A stretch of DNA of 32,333 nucleotides from a virus, in IMG/VR virus record IMGVR_UViG_3300001688_000031. One strand, 5' to 3'. The notes below the pieces were generated by a model. That model had not been told where the DNA came from, did no database searches, and saw only the letters and a list, made by a program, of their open reading frames with translations. Position 1 is the stretch's first letter, and each line of letters opens with the position of its first letter. A program made the translations under genes and the position numbers. Positions 31,191 to 32,333 of this stretch are shown one piece after another.

Positions 31191-32333
31191 TCAAAGTTAC
31201 CCCCGATCCCCGATACCCAGCAATTTGTCAGCGCCGTTCCGCGCTTTACTGTTACACGGATATTCAAGCCGTATTGTGCCGCCGTGTTCATCGTATTTTC
31301 AAATACGTGGGCGTGTCCGGCAATAACGGCGTTCGTGCAATCTTCCCAAACGGGGGAAGTGTCAAACGGATTGTTCGTTGCTTCAACCTTGAATTCGCCG
31401 CCTGCCGGAATATCGCGCGTTACTGTGATATTACAGCGTGTCGGCTGGCTCTCTGCTTCCAGCGGTTCGGTCAGCGTAATAACGAAGCCGTCAATCGCCT
31501 TCGTGAAGGTCAATGTACGGACGGCGCTATTTCCTGCGCTGTCGGTCGCCGTGATCGTGATTGTGTGGATCGCGTTTGAAAGTGCTGTGAAGCTGTCGTC
31601 GATAACGGAAAGCGTCTGCGTTTCGCCCAGCTTGACGTTATTCTTCGTCGCATGAACTGCGCCGTCGATCTTTTCAACGACATTCACAATGTCCGCGTCT
31701 GGATCGGTCACGCTGTATTCGTAGGTGAAGCCCTCGCGCTTCACGCCAAGATCAGCGTTTGCGCCGCTGATAACGGGCGGCTGATTGTGAATTACGGCAA
31801 TATCGCCGCTTGTGGTATACGCGGAATAATTGCCGTAGCTGTCTTTTGCGCGGACGCGGTATTTCAGCGTGTTCCACGCGGTCGAAACTGCTTCCGTGAA
31901 GGTTCTTGCGGCGGAACTCTGAACTTCTGTCCACGCTCCGCTGTTGTAGGAACGTTCAAAGCAGTATGTCAGCGCGTCGCCGTCCGGATCGGTCGCCGCC
32001 GCGCAAGATACTTCGATATTCTGTCCGCTGTATGTCTGTGCGGGCGCTGTGATACCGGAAGGCGCGGAAGGCGCGCTGTTGTAGATAATTTCGTAATTAC
32101 CATCTGCGTTTGTGGTATCAGATACCAAGATTGAAGATGATAGATTACAAAGCGGGCGAACGCCGTAGTTGCCGTTGTACGCGCTGTTGTAGTTCAGCGC
32201 GCCGTCCGTGTTGACATTGCGGACGATGCGGGCGTTCGACGAATTAGGCGTGCGAAGCCACCAATACCAGCCCTTTGAAGTCGTGAAATTCGTGTTCGTG
32301 TATTCCGAATTGCTCACGCATTGCGAAGTCGGA
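31187..32333 (-). CDS. DGR target protein 1, 3' portion (continues from 681..1 across the junction): VR1 followed by ~320 aa of Ig/FN3-like beta-rich domains.
   Basis: In frame with 1..681. ...WYWWLRTPNSSNARIVRNVNTDGALNYNSAYNGNYGVRPLCNL, then SAPSAPSGITAP...TDPDGDALTY...VTDPDADIV... repeats typical of Ig/FN3-like modules. Confidence 0.85.
   Translation of the reverse strand, partial: PTSQCVSNSEYTNTNFTTSKGWYWWLRTPNSSNARIVRNVNTDGALNYNSAYNGNYGVRPLCNLSSSILVSDTTNADGNYEIIYNSAPSAPSGITAPAQTYSGQNIEVSCAAATDPDGDALTYCFERSYNSGAWTEVQSSAARTFTEAVSTAWNTLKYRVRAKDSYGNYSAYTTSGDIAVIHNQPPVISGANADLGVKREGFTYEYSVTDPDADIVNVVEKIDGAVHATKNNVKLGETQTLSVIDDSFTALSNAIHTITITATDSAGNSAVRTLTFTKAIDGFVITLTEPLEAESQPTRCNITVTRDIPAGGEFKVEATNNPFDTSPVWEDCTNAVIAGHAHVFENTMNTAAQYGLNIRVTVKRGTALTNCWVSGIGGNFE
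32113..32127. promoter_or_regulatory. Palindrome tggtatc-a-gatacca located 22 nt 3' of VR1 (candidate DGR homing hairpin/cruciform).
   Basis: Read directly. It sits where BPP-1-type DGRs carry a hairpin downstream of the IMH. Confidence 0.4.
32150..32251 (-). repeat. DGR variable repeat 1 (VR1).
   Basis: 97/102 identity to TR. All 5 differences (32167, 32184, 32191, 32200, 32226) are at TR adenines on the coding strand. They recode Asn/Thr codons to Ile, Ala, Tyr, Ser and Tyr. Confidence 0.9.
32246..32333. repeat. Terminal overlap, copy B (identical to 1-88).
   Basis: See copy A. Confidence 0.95.

Noticed and set aside
1-32333. CRISPR arrays, tRNA or rRNA genes.
   Set aside because: There are no spaced direct-repeat arrays. 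I saw no cloverleaf-compatible segment with a T-loop-like GGTTCGAATCC-type motif in the few non-coding regions. This was only an eye scan, so a tRNA search tool should confirm it.

Overview
The window is a complete, circularly closed phage or prophage-like genome. Bases 1-88 are identical to 32246-32333, giving a unit length of 32,245 bp. It is siphovirus-type and almost entirely transcribed on the minus strand. Read in the direction of transcription, the order is as follows. (1) A regulatory block at 27.8-25.8 kb with an XRE HTH protein, an RHH-like protein, an IS30-family DDE transposase and a standalone IS30-type HTH paralog. (2) An early / DNA-metabolism block at 25.7-16.6 kb with a SleB-like hydrolase, several Cys-rich small proteins, NPPY and DPPY DNA methyltransferases, a MazG-like protein, an HUH rolling-circle Rep, VRR-NUC, a DUF4406-like protein and a sigma-like regulator. 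(3) An HK97-type packaging/head/tail block at 16.4-2.6 kb with HNH, TerS, TerL, portal, protease, capsid, connectors, major tail protein, a G/T chaperone with a -1 frameshift, tape measure, Dit, a Gp37-like protein and a fibre-like protein. (4) A diversity-generating retroelement (DGR) ordered avd - TR - RT - target. (5) The lysis cassette at 31.2-28.6 kb, reached across the circular junction. The only convincing plus-strand gene is a membrane-anchored HIRAN-like protein with its own promoter and terminator. The main result is the DGR. A 102-nt template repeat (1892-1993) matches a variable repeat inside a 579-aa wrap-around tail-fibre-like gene that the ORF track splits and truncates. It also matches a second, remote variable repeat in a small 215-aa gene embedded in the early region (20576-21223). 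In VR1 every mismatch falls on a TR adenine. In VR2 all mismatches within the homologous segment do so apart from one synonymous C-to-T change. Other items worth follow-up: a promoter-to-terminator unit encoding a ~80-nt antisense RNA in the Rep leader; a structured non-coding region with a perfect DnaA box next to Rep; a G11 tract inside the NPPY methyltransferase; a consensus promoter followed directly by a terminator in front of the late operon; and the DDE transposase as the only recombinase in the genome. All calls come from reading the sequence by eye and from family knowledge. No database search was run.
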